Shown in pieces: positions 1 through 9,800 of a DNA stretch of 64,000 nucleotides. Each line of letters begins with the position of its first letter. Positions within the stretch are counted from its first letter, which is position 1. The stretch comes from an uncultured Methanosarcinales archaeon. GTDB taxonomy: Archaea; Nanobdellota; Nanobdellia; Woesearchaeales; CAYPCY01. The stretch covers positions 232,546 to 296,545 of the forward strand of contig CAYPCY010000001.1 in the NCBI GenBank assembly GCA_964409385.1, read 5' to 3'. Under the pieces are notes generated by a model. The model searched no databases. It saw only the letters and a list, made by a program, of their open reading frames with translations, and was not told the DNA's origin. A program made the position numbers and the translations under genes.

Positions 1-483
1 ATCACTATATGTCATTGAAGGATGAAAATGTTCTCTTATTTTATCTATTTTTTCTAGTATATTCTCTTCAAGACCTAATTTTTTTTCTATTCGTCCAATT
101 AAAGATCTTTTTCCGTTTGATAATAAATCTTTTGAGGTTATTGCATTAATTAATTCCGCTTCATTAGTTATTTCTAGACTATAACAACTACCTTTTCCAC
201 AAAAAACACCCATTGCACTCATTGTTTTTCCATAAATAAAATCTCTTATTGTTTCTAGATTTTTTATTTTTCCTGGAACTATATAATCTCTAACTAGAAA
301 TTCTACATTTTCATTTAGTTCAAATCCTAACTCGCTAGGTTTATGAAATGGAAGAACTAGTAATTTTGATAATTCCATTGAGTAAAGTTTTTCTCTAGTT
401 TCGTCTGGAACATTTATCATTAAGTCTATGATATAATCATCCATGTTTTGTTTTTCCATACTATCTTCAAGCGTATTTTGCAT
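1..483 (-). CDS. Hypothetical protein, 3' end beyond window edge
   Basis: Manual translation from ATG at 483 (MQNTLEDSMEKQNMDDYIIDL...) stays open to position 1; not in ORF track. Confidence 0.6.
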   Translation of the reverse strand, partial: MQNTLEDSMEKQNMDDYIIDLMINVPDETREKLYSMELSKLLVLPFHKPSELGFELNENVEFLVRDYIVPGKIKNLETIRDFIYGKTMSAMGVFCGKGSCYSLEITNEAELINAITSKDLLSNGKRSLIGRIEKKLGLEENILEKIDKIREHFHPSMTYSD

Positions 484-514
484 TTTAATTTGGGGATTTT
501 AGGAATGGTTGAAA

Positions 515-907
515 TTATTTAAACGTTTCTATACTAACTGTCACTGTAGAGTTAGAATTTTTTAATTGTTTTATGAAGTTTCTTGATAAGTCTTTGCTTG
601 ATTTACTTGCTTGAATTCCAAATGTTCTTTCTGATAAAAAATTGCTTTTTCTTATTACTAATTCTTTATCATCTTGAAAGTTTTTATTTATTTCACAAGT
701 TAATTCTTCTTCTAACTTGTTAGTTTTTAAGATTATTCTTGCTTTCTTGTTGTTTTTAACGAATTCTTTCAGTTTTTTTAAGTTAAAATTAGAATTTACT
801 CCTATTATACAGTCTCCTGATTCAGTTAAATAATTCTCTTTAGTGAATTCTAAAGTATTTTTATGACTTCCTTTTATTAGATTATGTCCTTTCGCTTGGA
901 ACTTCAT
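515..907 (-). CDS. DUF371 family protein
   Basis: A-x-GH-x-x-I-x-x-x-H-x-x-T-x-E-x-T-K-E and GDCIIGV motifs, IRKS-x-F-x-x-x-RT. Confidence 0.85.
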   Translation of the reverse strand: MKFQAKGHNLIKGSHKNTLEFTKENYLTESGDCIIGVNSNFNLKKLKEFVKNNKKARIILKTNKLEEELTCEINKNFQDDKELVIRKSNFLSERTFGIQASKSSKDLSRNFIKQLKNSNSTVTVSIETFK

Positions 908-1134
908 AGAATGTCTTCGATAGGTTTTTTCTTGGTTTTTGCTTTTTCTGCTTGTTTTCCCATTTCTTCAGCTTCTTTTTCCAAGTCAACACCTAAATCC
1001 TTAAGTTCTTTAACATGCATTTGCATTAATTGCTCTACAATACCTAATATTCTCATTAATTCCATTCTTTCCTTAGCTAGAGTAGCTAAAGATCCCTTGT
1101 GAAATCCTGTTTGTTCATCTTTTGATTCAGCCAT
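904..1134 (-). CDS. Small helical hypothetical protein
   Basis: 76-aa ORF with ATGA overlap to the DUF371 gene. Confidence 0.7.
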   Translation of the reverse strand: MAESKDEQTGFHKGSLATLAKERMELMRILGIVEQLMQMHVKELKDLGVDLEKEAEEMGKQAEKAKTKKKPIEDIL

Positions 1135-1165
1135 TATCTTAAAGAATTAGGTTTAGTATAAAAAA

Positions 1166-1747
1166 TTAACTACAAGATCCTGCATTACAACTTCCTGAAG
1201 TACAATCTGAATTAGTTTCACATTCTTGTCCAGAATCGCAATTTTCTGCAACTCCAAGGTCTAGAACCACAGAATCTTGTTCTCTTGAAAATGTTGGGCT
1301 TGAAGCTTCACATCCCGTTCCTAAATACATTTTATTTCTTGACGCAAATTTAACGAATGAAGTTACTTTATTGCTTGTTGCTTCGAAGTATTTGGCTAAA
1401 GGACTTGAAGGACTAGTAGTCAAACCATATAATCCTACTGTTAAACTATTATTAAATCCCACAGGCTCCAAAAATTTCACTGGGGAAAAGAATGGAATTC
1501 CTTGACCTGCAAGAAAAGAATTAACTCCTGTTGATATTGTTAAACTAGTATTAAAAAATTCATAACTTCCTGATTGTCCCAAGCCCCAATAAGTATCAGG
1601 TAATAAACTAGTAAAAATTCCTGGAATTATTTGGTCTGCAGGGTGTGATGGATCTCTATCAGTGTCTGAATCAGCCAATACTGTGAAAGAAAATATTATT
1701 ATTAGTATTGATAATGTTATTTTTCTCATTATCTTATTTTCTATCAT
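1166..1747 (-). CDS. Secreted protein with C-terminal Cys-rich tail
   Basis: N-terminal signal peptide; C-terminal CDSGQECETNSDCTSGSCNAGSC. Confidence 0.7.
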   Translation of the reverse strand: MIENKIMRKITLSILIIIFSFTVLADSDTDRDPSHPADQIIPGIFTSLLPDTYWGLGQSGSYEFFNTSLTISTGVNSFLAGQGIPFFSPVKFLEPVGFNNSLTVGLYGLTTSPSSPLAKYFEATSNKVTSFVKFASRNKMYLGTGCEASSPTFSREQDSVVLDLGVAENCDSGQECETNSDCTSGSCNAGSCS

Positions 1748-1765
1748 TTTCTTATATATATTTTT

Positions 1766-2398
1766 CTATCCTACAAGTTCATGACAAGATTCTTTAATTG
1801 ACTCGTCTTGAATTTCTTCACATAATTCGTAATCGCCAGTAATTATGGCTTGTCTATAAATATCTTCATCACTTGTTGCTGATGTGGCTTTTTCAGAAGC
1901 TTCTAAACATTCTTGTCTTAAATAATCATCTTTTAAATCTTCACAAGTGGTTTCATTACCTCTTAACATATTCCTAAATTCTTCTTCTTCTTCAAGAAGT
2001 GTTGTTGTAGGTGTTGGATTATCAAAATAGTCTAAACAAGTTTGTCTCACATATTCATCTTGAATTTCTAGACATAATTCTCTATTTCCTGTCAGAACTG
2101 CTTGTCTGTATAATTCCTCATCAGGCAATAAAGTTACTATTGGTGCTTTTTTAGGTTCTTGAGGAATATACTCTGGCTCTTTAAGTAATTCTTTCACTCC
2201 GAATGATGTTGCTATTATTACTATTATTAATGTTATCACCATTTCTGAAATTAGAATTGTTTTTCTTTGATGTACTTGTTTTATTGCTAAGTCTATATTT
2301 TCTTTAGAATGACCTGCTTTTTTAAGGGATTTCTTAATTTCTTGAATTGCTCGTCCTGCATGCAAGCTTTTTTCTATGTACTTTGTTAATTCTGAAAT
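1766..2398 (-). CDS. Single-pass membrane protein with three Cys-pair helical repeats; probable ATT start at 2398 (ORF track starts 2365)
   Basis: Repeats YRQAVLTGNRELCLEIQDEYVRQTC / CEDLKDDYLRQEC / YRQAIITGDYELCEEIQDESIKESC; GAGGTG SD 5 nt before an in-frame ATT. Confidence 0.7.
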   Translation of the reverse strand: MSELTKYIEKSLHAGRAIQEIKKSLKKAGHSKENIDLAIKQVHQRKTILISEMVITLIIVIIATSFGVKELLKEPEYIPQEPKKAPIVTLLPDEELYRQAVLTGNRELCLEIQDEYVRQTCLDYFDNPTPTTTLLEEEEEFRNMLRGNETTCEDLKDDYLRQECLEASEKATSATSDEDIYRQAIITGDYELCEEIQDESIKESCHELVG

Positions 2399-2420
2399 TT
2401 TCCCACCTCTAATTTTAAAC

Positions 2421-3641
2421 TTATTTCTTTCTTTTTAATTTTTTCCTCTTTATTATCAAGTAAATATTCAGTACTATTAAGATAATAACTAGTCCTGCTA
2501 AAAGTTTAATATTTCCTCCTTCACCTTCTGAAACGAACCTTCCTGATGGAGAGCCTATTCTTACTTCATTACTTTCTAGGATTATATTGAATTCTTCACT
2601 CTTGCTCATTCCTAAATAGTTAAGATTTACTAGCATTTGATACCCTCCTGGTGCTAGGCCTTGAGTGTCCCAGTATGCAGTTAACACTTCTTTTCCTAAT
2701 GCTGGAATGTTTTTGGTTGGTGTTTCTGTCTTTGCAAGCAGGTTTCCTTCTTGCGAAATTTCTACATCTGCGTAAGCGTTAGTTATTGTTTCCGCCCAGT
2801 TATTGTTTATTATCAGGTCAAAACTTGCTATTCCTCCAAGTTTGAAACTTCCCGTGGATATTTCTTCAATATTTAATTCTGGAGTTCCTATAGTTAGGAT
2901 TTTTTCTGAAACTATTGTTTTACCATTGTATATTACTGAGGCTTTTGCAAAGTATTTTCCGTTTGGGAAGGTTGGAGTCCAGGGGATTAGTAATTGTTTC
3001 TTCTTTTTTGCCTCTATAGTTTTCTTTTCAACAGTTATAGTTTGTAATTTTTCGTTTGTTGGAGAATAAATTTCTACTAGTGATGCAACACCAACAGCAT
3101 TTTTCACTCCTTTATTTTCTATTTCTAGTACGAAACTATTTTCTTTATTTTGTTCAAAGTTTGGAGTTAGTAATTTTGCTGTTAAGAACGCTTCAGTGTA
3201 TGGAACTGTAATCCTTAATTTTATTGCTAAATTAATATTTGCTGTTATTTGTGAATTTTCAGTGTTTATTCTTCTTACTATTATCTTGTTTACATGTTCT
3301 CCTTCTTCAATACCTTCTGGAATATTTAATTTTACTTGTATTAATTCTTCTTCTTTATTTTTATCAAATTCTATTAATTCCTTGCTTAAACTAATGTATT
3401 CTTCCAAGTCTCCCTCAACATATAATACTACAGTATACTTTTCATTTTCAGAATTTAATATTTTTATTGGGAATTCTTTCTGGTTAGTATCTAATAATAT
3501 GTCTTTGGATGATGGTACAACTCCAATTCCCGAAACTAGATTTATTGTTATTACTAGTAAAAACAGTATTGTTATGGAAATGCGGGGTGAAGCTGATGAG
3601 GAGGAGCTTCCTACGTCCCCCGCAATTCCGTGAGCTTTCAT
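2421..3641 (-). CDS. Membrane-anchored surface protein with Ig-like beta domains
   Basis: Signal peptide, GIGVVPS start of mature region, beta-rich body, C-terminal TM followed by a basic tail. Confidence 0.75.
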   Translation of the reverse strand: MKAHGIAGDVGSSSSSASPRISITILFLLVITINLVSGIGVVPSSKDILLDTNQKEFPIKILNSENEKYTVVLYVEGDLEEYISLSKELIEFDKNKEEELIQVKLNIPEGIEEGEHVNKIIVRRINTENSQITANINLAIKLRITVPYTEAFLTAKLLTPNFEQNKENSFVLEIENKGVKNAVGVASLVEIYSPTNEKLQTITVEKKTIEAKKKKQLLIPWTPTFPNGKYFAKASVIYNGKTIVSEKILTIGTPELNIEEISTGSFKLGGIASFDLIINNNWAETITNAYADVEISQEGNLLAKTETPTKNIPALGKEVLTAYWDTQGLAPGGYQMLVNLNYLGMSKSEEFNIILESNEVRIGSPSGRFVSEGEGGNIKLLAGLVIILIVLNIYLIIKRKKLKRKK

Positions 3642-4579
3642 GTTGAATCCTCCCAGTAAAAGTCCATTCCTGCAGTTCTTTTACTATCTCCTGTTGTTGG
3701 AGCCTCGTATGGAGGTACTTCTATTAACAAGTCTATAGAAACATTATCATTTCCTGAAGAATAATTCAGTCTATGAACCATGTCGAGAATTTCACTTTCT
3801 ACATTTACGAAACTAATTTTTGATCCTGTTCCATTAATACTTGTTGAATTTCTAGCTTTTATTTTGAAATAACTAGTGTTTAATGCTTGACTTTCCCAAA
3901 TACTCTGATTAACAGTTAAGTTTTTCAAGTCTGCAAAATAATTCCCTTGGTTTATGAACGTGAAAGGTTTAGGACTGTCGTCAGTAGTATTATCCTTGTC
4001 TCCCAACGCTTTAGTTCCGAAATCAACAGTTGAATTATCCAAGTTAATCACTAGACTCCTAACCACTGTGAAGTTTGCCGTTGAAGTATCCCCAGTTAGT
4101 TTACCATCATAAGGAGTTACCCTCCAATAATGAATTGTAAAATCTAATTCTGAAGTGTAGTCATAATAGTTTGTAGAAACATTCGTATCAACCAGTTTTG
4201 AAGCAAAATCACTTGTTAGACTTAATTGGAAAGTGTAAGTTATCGAGTCTCCCTGAGCATCTGTTGATTCAGTCCAGTTAAACCTCGGAGTTCTATTAGT
4301 AAAAAGTTGATCTCCAGGTGTTGGATGAGTTAAAGTTACTGCTGTCGGAGCAGTATTTGTTGAGAAAGTATACCACAACCCAATTTTTGACTTATAATCT
4401 GAAGCGTTCGAGACTTCGGAAGGGTCAATACCCAGGTTTGATTTGTAATTAGAAGAATTACTTTCACCACCCGGTCCAATTCCCAAAGTGGGCATTTCAT
4501 AATTAGAACTATTTATTGATAACGAACTTGGCAGTATTAAAAATAAAATTATTGCTACAAATATTCTCCCCCTCATCAT
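3638..4579 (-). CDS. Secreted protein with Fn3/Ig-like domain
   Basis: Signal peptide; NTAPT...TPRFNW...TDAQGDSITYTFQ...HYWRVTPYDG pattern. Confidence 0.7.
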   Translation of the reverse strand: MMRGRIFVAIILFLILPSSLSINSSNYEMPTLGIGPGGESNSSNYKSNLGIDPSEVSNASDYKSKIGLWYTFSTNTAPTAVTLTHPTPGDQLFTNRTPRFNWTESTDAQGDSITYTFQLSLTSDFASKLVDTNVSTNYYDYTSELDFTIHYWRVTPYDGKLTGDTSTANFTVVRSLVINLDNSTVDFGTKALGDKDNTTDDSPKPFTFINQGNYFADLKNLTVNQSIWESQALNTSYFKIKARNSTSINGTGSKISFVNVESEILDMVHRLNYSSGNDNVSIDLLIEVPPYEAPTTGDSKRTAGMDFYWEDST

Positions 4580-6268
4580 TTATCCTAACTTAATAATTAC
4601 CGAACCACCATCACTCGTTATAGTCACATTAGTACTTGAAGTCGTATTGATTAAAGGACTGCTTCCTACACCACCAGTAGGCGAGAAAGTTATTGATTGT
4701 GTTGAATTACTAACTTCTAACTTAGCTGTTGGTGTTGTTGTTCCTATGCCTACATCGCCCCCCTCAAGTATGGTGAATAAATCTTTTCCAGCATTCCTCC
4801 ATAACAACGCATCTCCTGATGTAAACTTAAACTGTGCCTTTTCAGAACCTGCATTATCAAAATAGATATAAGCATGATTATTGCCATGTTTATCTATTCT
4901 TATGGCTGGAGTTCCTGTTCCATCTCCTATATGTAAGTCAACTTCAGGAGAACTAGTTCCTATTCCAACCTTCCCATCACTTGTTATCCTCATCTTTTCA
5001 TTCCCTGTACTATTAAAGAAACTAATATTCCCATTCTTAGATATTACATTATCTGTTGTTATATTCTCAGAGTTAATTACAACATTACCCAAGTAAGAAG
5101 TTCCGGTAACATTAAGATCTCCCACAACTACTAGTTTTTGAGCAGGACTTGTAGTCCCAATACCAACTTTTCCATTATTAAAAATGAACTTTGAATTTCC
5201 TTCATCAACCAATAAATAATTTCCATTGCCAGCCTCATCCATATCTCCAAACCAGACTTTAAGATTTGCTCCAGAAATATTTCCTTCTGCTTTAAACACA
5301 TTCTCTCCAACAACATCTCTATATGTAGCAATAGTTGTAATTCCTGATTGACCCGTTACACTAAGTGATGCTGCTTCTCCCGTTCCTCCAACAGAAAGCA
5401 ATGCTATAGGATTTGTTGTTCCAATCCCGACATCTCCATCACTGTTAATCCTCATTCTCTCTGATAAACTGACTGTTCCGGTTCCTGATCCAGTATAAAA
5501 AACCAAAGCTGAAGCTTCCGAACCATTAGTAGCAGTCGTCAACAATCCAGCAATCCTAGCAACATCTTCAGTATCAGCCACACTATCTTCTACCCTCAAC
5601 AATATTCCCGTCCCAATTCCTGCAGTTCCATTACTAACGCTAGAAGTAGTATGATCCAGTCTCAAAACATTAGTTATTGAAGCGTTTGAACTATCATCAG
5701 TCAAAACATGAAGATCAACAGCTGGAGAATTTGTTCCAATCCCAACATTCCCACTTTCAGTAACATATAGTGTGTTGTTTAGGCTGGTGTTGCCTGCAAC
5801 TTCTAACTTGTAAGTTGGAGAAGTAGTCCCTATCCCAATCCTATTATTACTTGAATCAATAAATAAAGTTCCTGAATCTATGCTTACATTATGACTTAGT
5901 GATATTGAAGAATCTAATCCTCTTGTTGTGAAGGAATATGGTGTGTTTGTAATATTCAACCGCGGTAACATTTCCGCGTCTGAATTAATTTGAACTCCTA
6001 GGTAATATTGGACTGAAAAGTCTAGATCTACAGAATCTAGTATTGAATTATATAATCCGTTTGAGTCTGTGGTTACACTCTTGTTTTGATTAAATAATGC
6101 ACTTCCTCCTGTAGGAACTGAATAAATACTGAAATTCATTACATATGTTCCTGTCAAGGTTGTATTATCTGTTGCGTTCTGTAATACTCCGTTTATGGTT
6201 AAACTTTGTGGAGATGCAACTACAAAACTTGTTAATAACAACATTAATAATAAAATTCTGAACTTCAT
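4580..6268 (-). CDS. Secreted fibre-like protein with G-x-VGIGT-x-x-P repeats
   Basis: Signal peptide; six (R/N/D/K)-(I/V)GIGT-x-x-P repeats typical of trimeric fibre-like surface proteins. Confidence 0.75.
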   Translation of the reverse strand: MKFRILLLMLLLTSFVVASPQSLTINGVLQNATDNTTLTGTYVMNFSIYSVPTGGSALFNQNKSVTTDSNGLYNSILDSVDLDFSVQYYLGVQINSDAEMLPRLNITNTPYSFTTRGLDSSISLSHNVSIDSGTLFIDSSNNRIGIGTTSPTYKLEVAGNTSLNNTLYVTESGNVGIGTNSPAVDLHVLTDDSSNASITNVLRLDHTTSSVSNGTAGIGTGILLRVEDSVADTEDVARIAGLLTTATNGSEASALVFYTGSGTGTVSLSERMRINSDGDVGIGTTNPIALLSVGGTGEAASLSVTGQSGITTIATYRDVVGENVFKAEGNISGANLKVWFGDMDEAGNGNYLLVDEGNSKFIFNNGKVGIGTTSPAQKLVVVGDLNVTGTSYLGNVVINSENITTDNVISKNGNISFFNSTGNEKMRITSDGKVGIGTSSPEVDLHIGDGTGTPAIRIDKHGNNHAYIYFDNAGSEKAQFKFTSGDALLWRNAGKDLFTILEGGDVGIGTTTPTAKLEVSNSTQSITFSPTGGVGSSPLINTTSSTNVTITSDGGSVIIKLG

Positions 6269-6564
6269 ATTGTGTAATTAGCCTCTCTAACTTTTATTTC
6301 TTGTACGCAAGTGAATTCTTTACAGAATTGTATTCCTGTCAGGTTCAAATTACTTAAAGGAACTACCACATTCTGTCCGTCAACATTCAAATTACAGAGT
6401 GTTCCTTCTTCTGTTTCGTAACAAACTTGTGCTGCTATTTCTTCTTCACTTATGAACCCTGAACATTCTGTTTGCAAACATTCCCATTTAGTATTGGTTT
6501 CTTGCAAATATTGAAAACCAACTAAAACAACTAAAACTGCTAAAACAATCCATTCTGGTTTCAT
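6265..6564 (-). CDS. Small membrane-anchored Cys-containing protein
   Basis: N-terminal TM, six Cys, ATGA overlaps on both sides. Confidence 0.65.
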   Translation of the reverse strand: MKPEWIVLAVLVVLVGFQYLQETNTKWECLQTECSGFISEEEIAAQVCYETEEGTLCNLNVDGQNVVVPLSNLNLTGIQFCKEFTCVQEIKVREANYTI

Positions 6565-6761
6565 TCTTCACCTCTCAAGAAAGTCTCTGCCTTCTTGTAA
6601 TATTCATCATCCTGACCTAAATTTTTAGGTGTGACTTCTACTTTGAAGTATTCTATTATTTTCTTCACTGCTTCTTGTTTTGTTTTCATTCCGTTCACTA
6701 GTTTGAAAATTTCAACAATCTTGTCTTCCTTCTCTGATAAGTCTAATTGTATCTTAACTAT
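6561..6761 (-). CDS. Small ribbon-helix-helix-like (DUF2683-like) protein, ATA start
   Basis: Not in ORF track; (M)VKIQLDLSEKEDKIVEIFKLVNGMKTKQEAVKKIIEY..., GGTGA SD upstream, stop overlaps next ATG (ATGA). Confidence 0.7.
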   Translation of the reverse strand: MVKIQLDLSEKEDKIVEIFKLVNGMKTKQEAVKKIIEYFKVEVTPKNLGQDDEYYKKAETFLRGEE

Positions 6762-6826
6762 TTTATATCACCACAATATATGAAAATATTTCATACCCTA
6801 AAATATAACTCCTTAATATATAAATT

Positions 6827-9800
6827 TTATGGGTCTGCAAAGTTCTCCGACACCTCACCACTTATTTTCATAGCACCAGTATTATCAACATAACCAACCA
6901 AATCATTACTCGAATTTCTAAACTGCAAAGCACTAATAGAAAGACTCATAGAACTTTGTTCAGTCAAAGCCCCAGACAAAAACAAACTACCATTATCTGC
7001 AAAATAAGCCACCACCCCGCCAGTATTATTCTGAACAATGAACGAATTACTTCCAGGAACTAAACTACTCTGACTTTGTAATAAAGAACCTTTAAGATAA
7101 ACATTTCCAACATCATCAACACTAGCAACAACAGCCCCAGTACTATTCTCAATAACAAACTTGTTAGAATTAGGAATATTATCAACAGAATAATTACTAA
7201 ATCTAGTAACACTAAAATAATAATCATCACTAACATTAGTAAATGAAGAACAAATACTATCAGAACATACAGAACCATCCCTAAACGGTTTTGCAGTTCC
7301 CAATATTGAAATATTAAATAAAGTCAAGTTTGCCGAATTATTCAATGTTGGAATCGCATCCCTATCAAAATAAATATTATTACTTGATATTATAGGATTA
7401 GTTCCAAACACTAAATCTCCAGCTTCTAAAATTTCTATGGAAGACCAATTAATAACTCCGAAAGAATTCTTGTAAACAATATAACCATTAGGAGAAGATC
7501 CTGAAATAATTTTAGAACTTGAAGCTTTCAAATCAGTATTAATTAATTGATTACCATCCGTTGGTGCAACCTTAAAATATAATGCTCTATTAACCGCAAT
7601 AAAAGTATTGTCTTGAATAGTATTATTATGTGATCCTGAAACTAGTACTCCAATACTTCCCGCCTCACAAGTATTATTAGTGAAAGTATTCCTCCCACCA
7701 AAATTTATTCCAAGAGGATAAGATGAACTAACATTAACAGTATTATTATCCACAGTACTAGTACTCACTGTATGAAAAAAAATCCCATTACTTCCAGTTT
7801 TTGAAATATCACAATTCTTAATAGTTAAATTCTCAACATTCATAGCATTAATTCCTCTAGTTGCAGTTCCATTCAAAGTATATCCTTTACAATCAAAATC
7901 AACATTTGAAGCAGTAATATTAACAATATAATCTCCCGAACAACCAATTACATCTTGATCCATATTAGTATCAGCCGTTATTATATCTCCACAAGATACT
8001 TGAGGATCAATAATTAAATGATTAGAAGTAGAAGCTGCAGTTTCTGAATAATAATCTGAACTAGTAACTGAAACAGTCCAATTATCTCCAATTATTGTTT
8101 CCCCACTATATAATGTTCTAGTATCATTCTCAAAAAATAATTTAATCTGTTCAGCAGTTAATACCCTGTCAAAAATTCTTACATCATCTATAGTTCCATT
8201 AAAATATCCAGAACTGGAAGCAGTAGTATAATTCCTTCCAACCCATACAGCTCCTGGAGTTGTAGGTAGTAAACCATTAAAGTCAGTATTTGATCCTTGA
8301 TAAGTCCCATCAACATAAAGACTTAAATTCCCCTTAGTATAAGTTCCAGTCAGTAAATGCCAATTCCCATCATTCAAGTCTCCCGAATAAGTAACATTAT
8401 ATTCAGTGCTAGAATTAATAATAGAAAATTCCCCTCCATTTAAAGTGCTGAGAACAAAAGGAACTTCACTTGACGGATTCACATCCACAACCTTATAAGT
8501 AATATTAAGATTATCAAAACCACGACCATCAGAAGAACATTTATAATTATCATGCTGCATTATTTTCAGTCCAAAATCTGAAGTTACATCCGCACAAAAA
8601 TCAGAATCTGCAGAAACATCCAAATCATGCAATCCCCAATTAGTTTCTACAGTTGTTAAAGATTCCAACCTATACCAGTAAGTTCCATTACAAGTGAAGA
8701 AGACACCATCACCACAAGCTCCTGAACTGCCTGCAGCACAAGGAGTATCTCCAGAATGGTCAGCTACTTGATGGCTTTCTTCACCAGTTTCTTTATGATA
8801 AAATGCAATCATAATATCACTAGCATTCTCCATTGAAAAATTAGTTTTCAAAACATTAGTAACATAATTATTATTGGTTGTAACATCCATCCATAAATAA
8901 TAAGTTCCTGCGTATGGAGAAGAACAACCACTTGCTTGAACATCTACAGAACTATAAGTAGCATCATTCGTTACAACACTCCAATTTGATGATATACTGT
9001 TAGACTCCCAACCGTCAAAAACTTCATAATTTGTTGTAGTACTTCCAACATCCTTAACAATAACATAACCTTCATTATCGGTCTTCACCCAGGCCATAAC
9101 TGTAATATTATCAGTTACATTAAGACTTGCAGAATGTCCAATTTCTAAATAATCATTAACCCCATCAAAACTATAGGCTCCTCCAAGATGACCTGATGAA
9201 GTCCAAGTCGCACTCGATACCGACGCATCATTAGAATGGGAAGAAGCATCTTTAACTCCTGAATTATTCTTAAAATCTAATCTCATATTAACAACTGCTA
9301 TTGAAGTAGCATTCCTCCTCCAGTCAGTAGTGTTAAAAACAGAATCACCATCAGGATCAGAAACATCAAAAGAAACAGTCAAATTATCTGAAGACTTATT
9401 ACTCCCTGTTGATGTTAAAGTAACATTTTCAAGATTAGGAACTACAGTCAAGTTAGAATATGAAACATTCAAGTAAGGCCTTTGGGAACTTGTTGAATAC
9501 TCTTTAGGCCTTAATTGTCTATCATTCAATTTAGAACCAAAATTCACAGAACTTGCAGAATCAGTAATTGATTTAGTAGAACTCATTACATAATCAGGAT
9601 CTGCCAATCTAACACTAGAATAAGTGTTTGAACTAGCATAATCTTCTTTCAATTGTGTAGTGACGTTTAAACAAGTCCAAGTATTAATAGTGTCTGAACT
9701 CCATGTTTCTGATGTTGAATTTGTTTCGGATTGTACATCATATGAAGAGTTTGTTATTGTCTCATCCCATGATTGATCATCAACTCTTGTTATTGTCGCG

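Noticed and set aside
4580..6268. Phage tail fibre indicating a provirus
   Set aside because: It has a signal peptide, no recognisable intramolecular chaperone domain, and no capsid, terminase or integrase genes nearby
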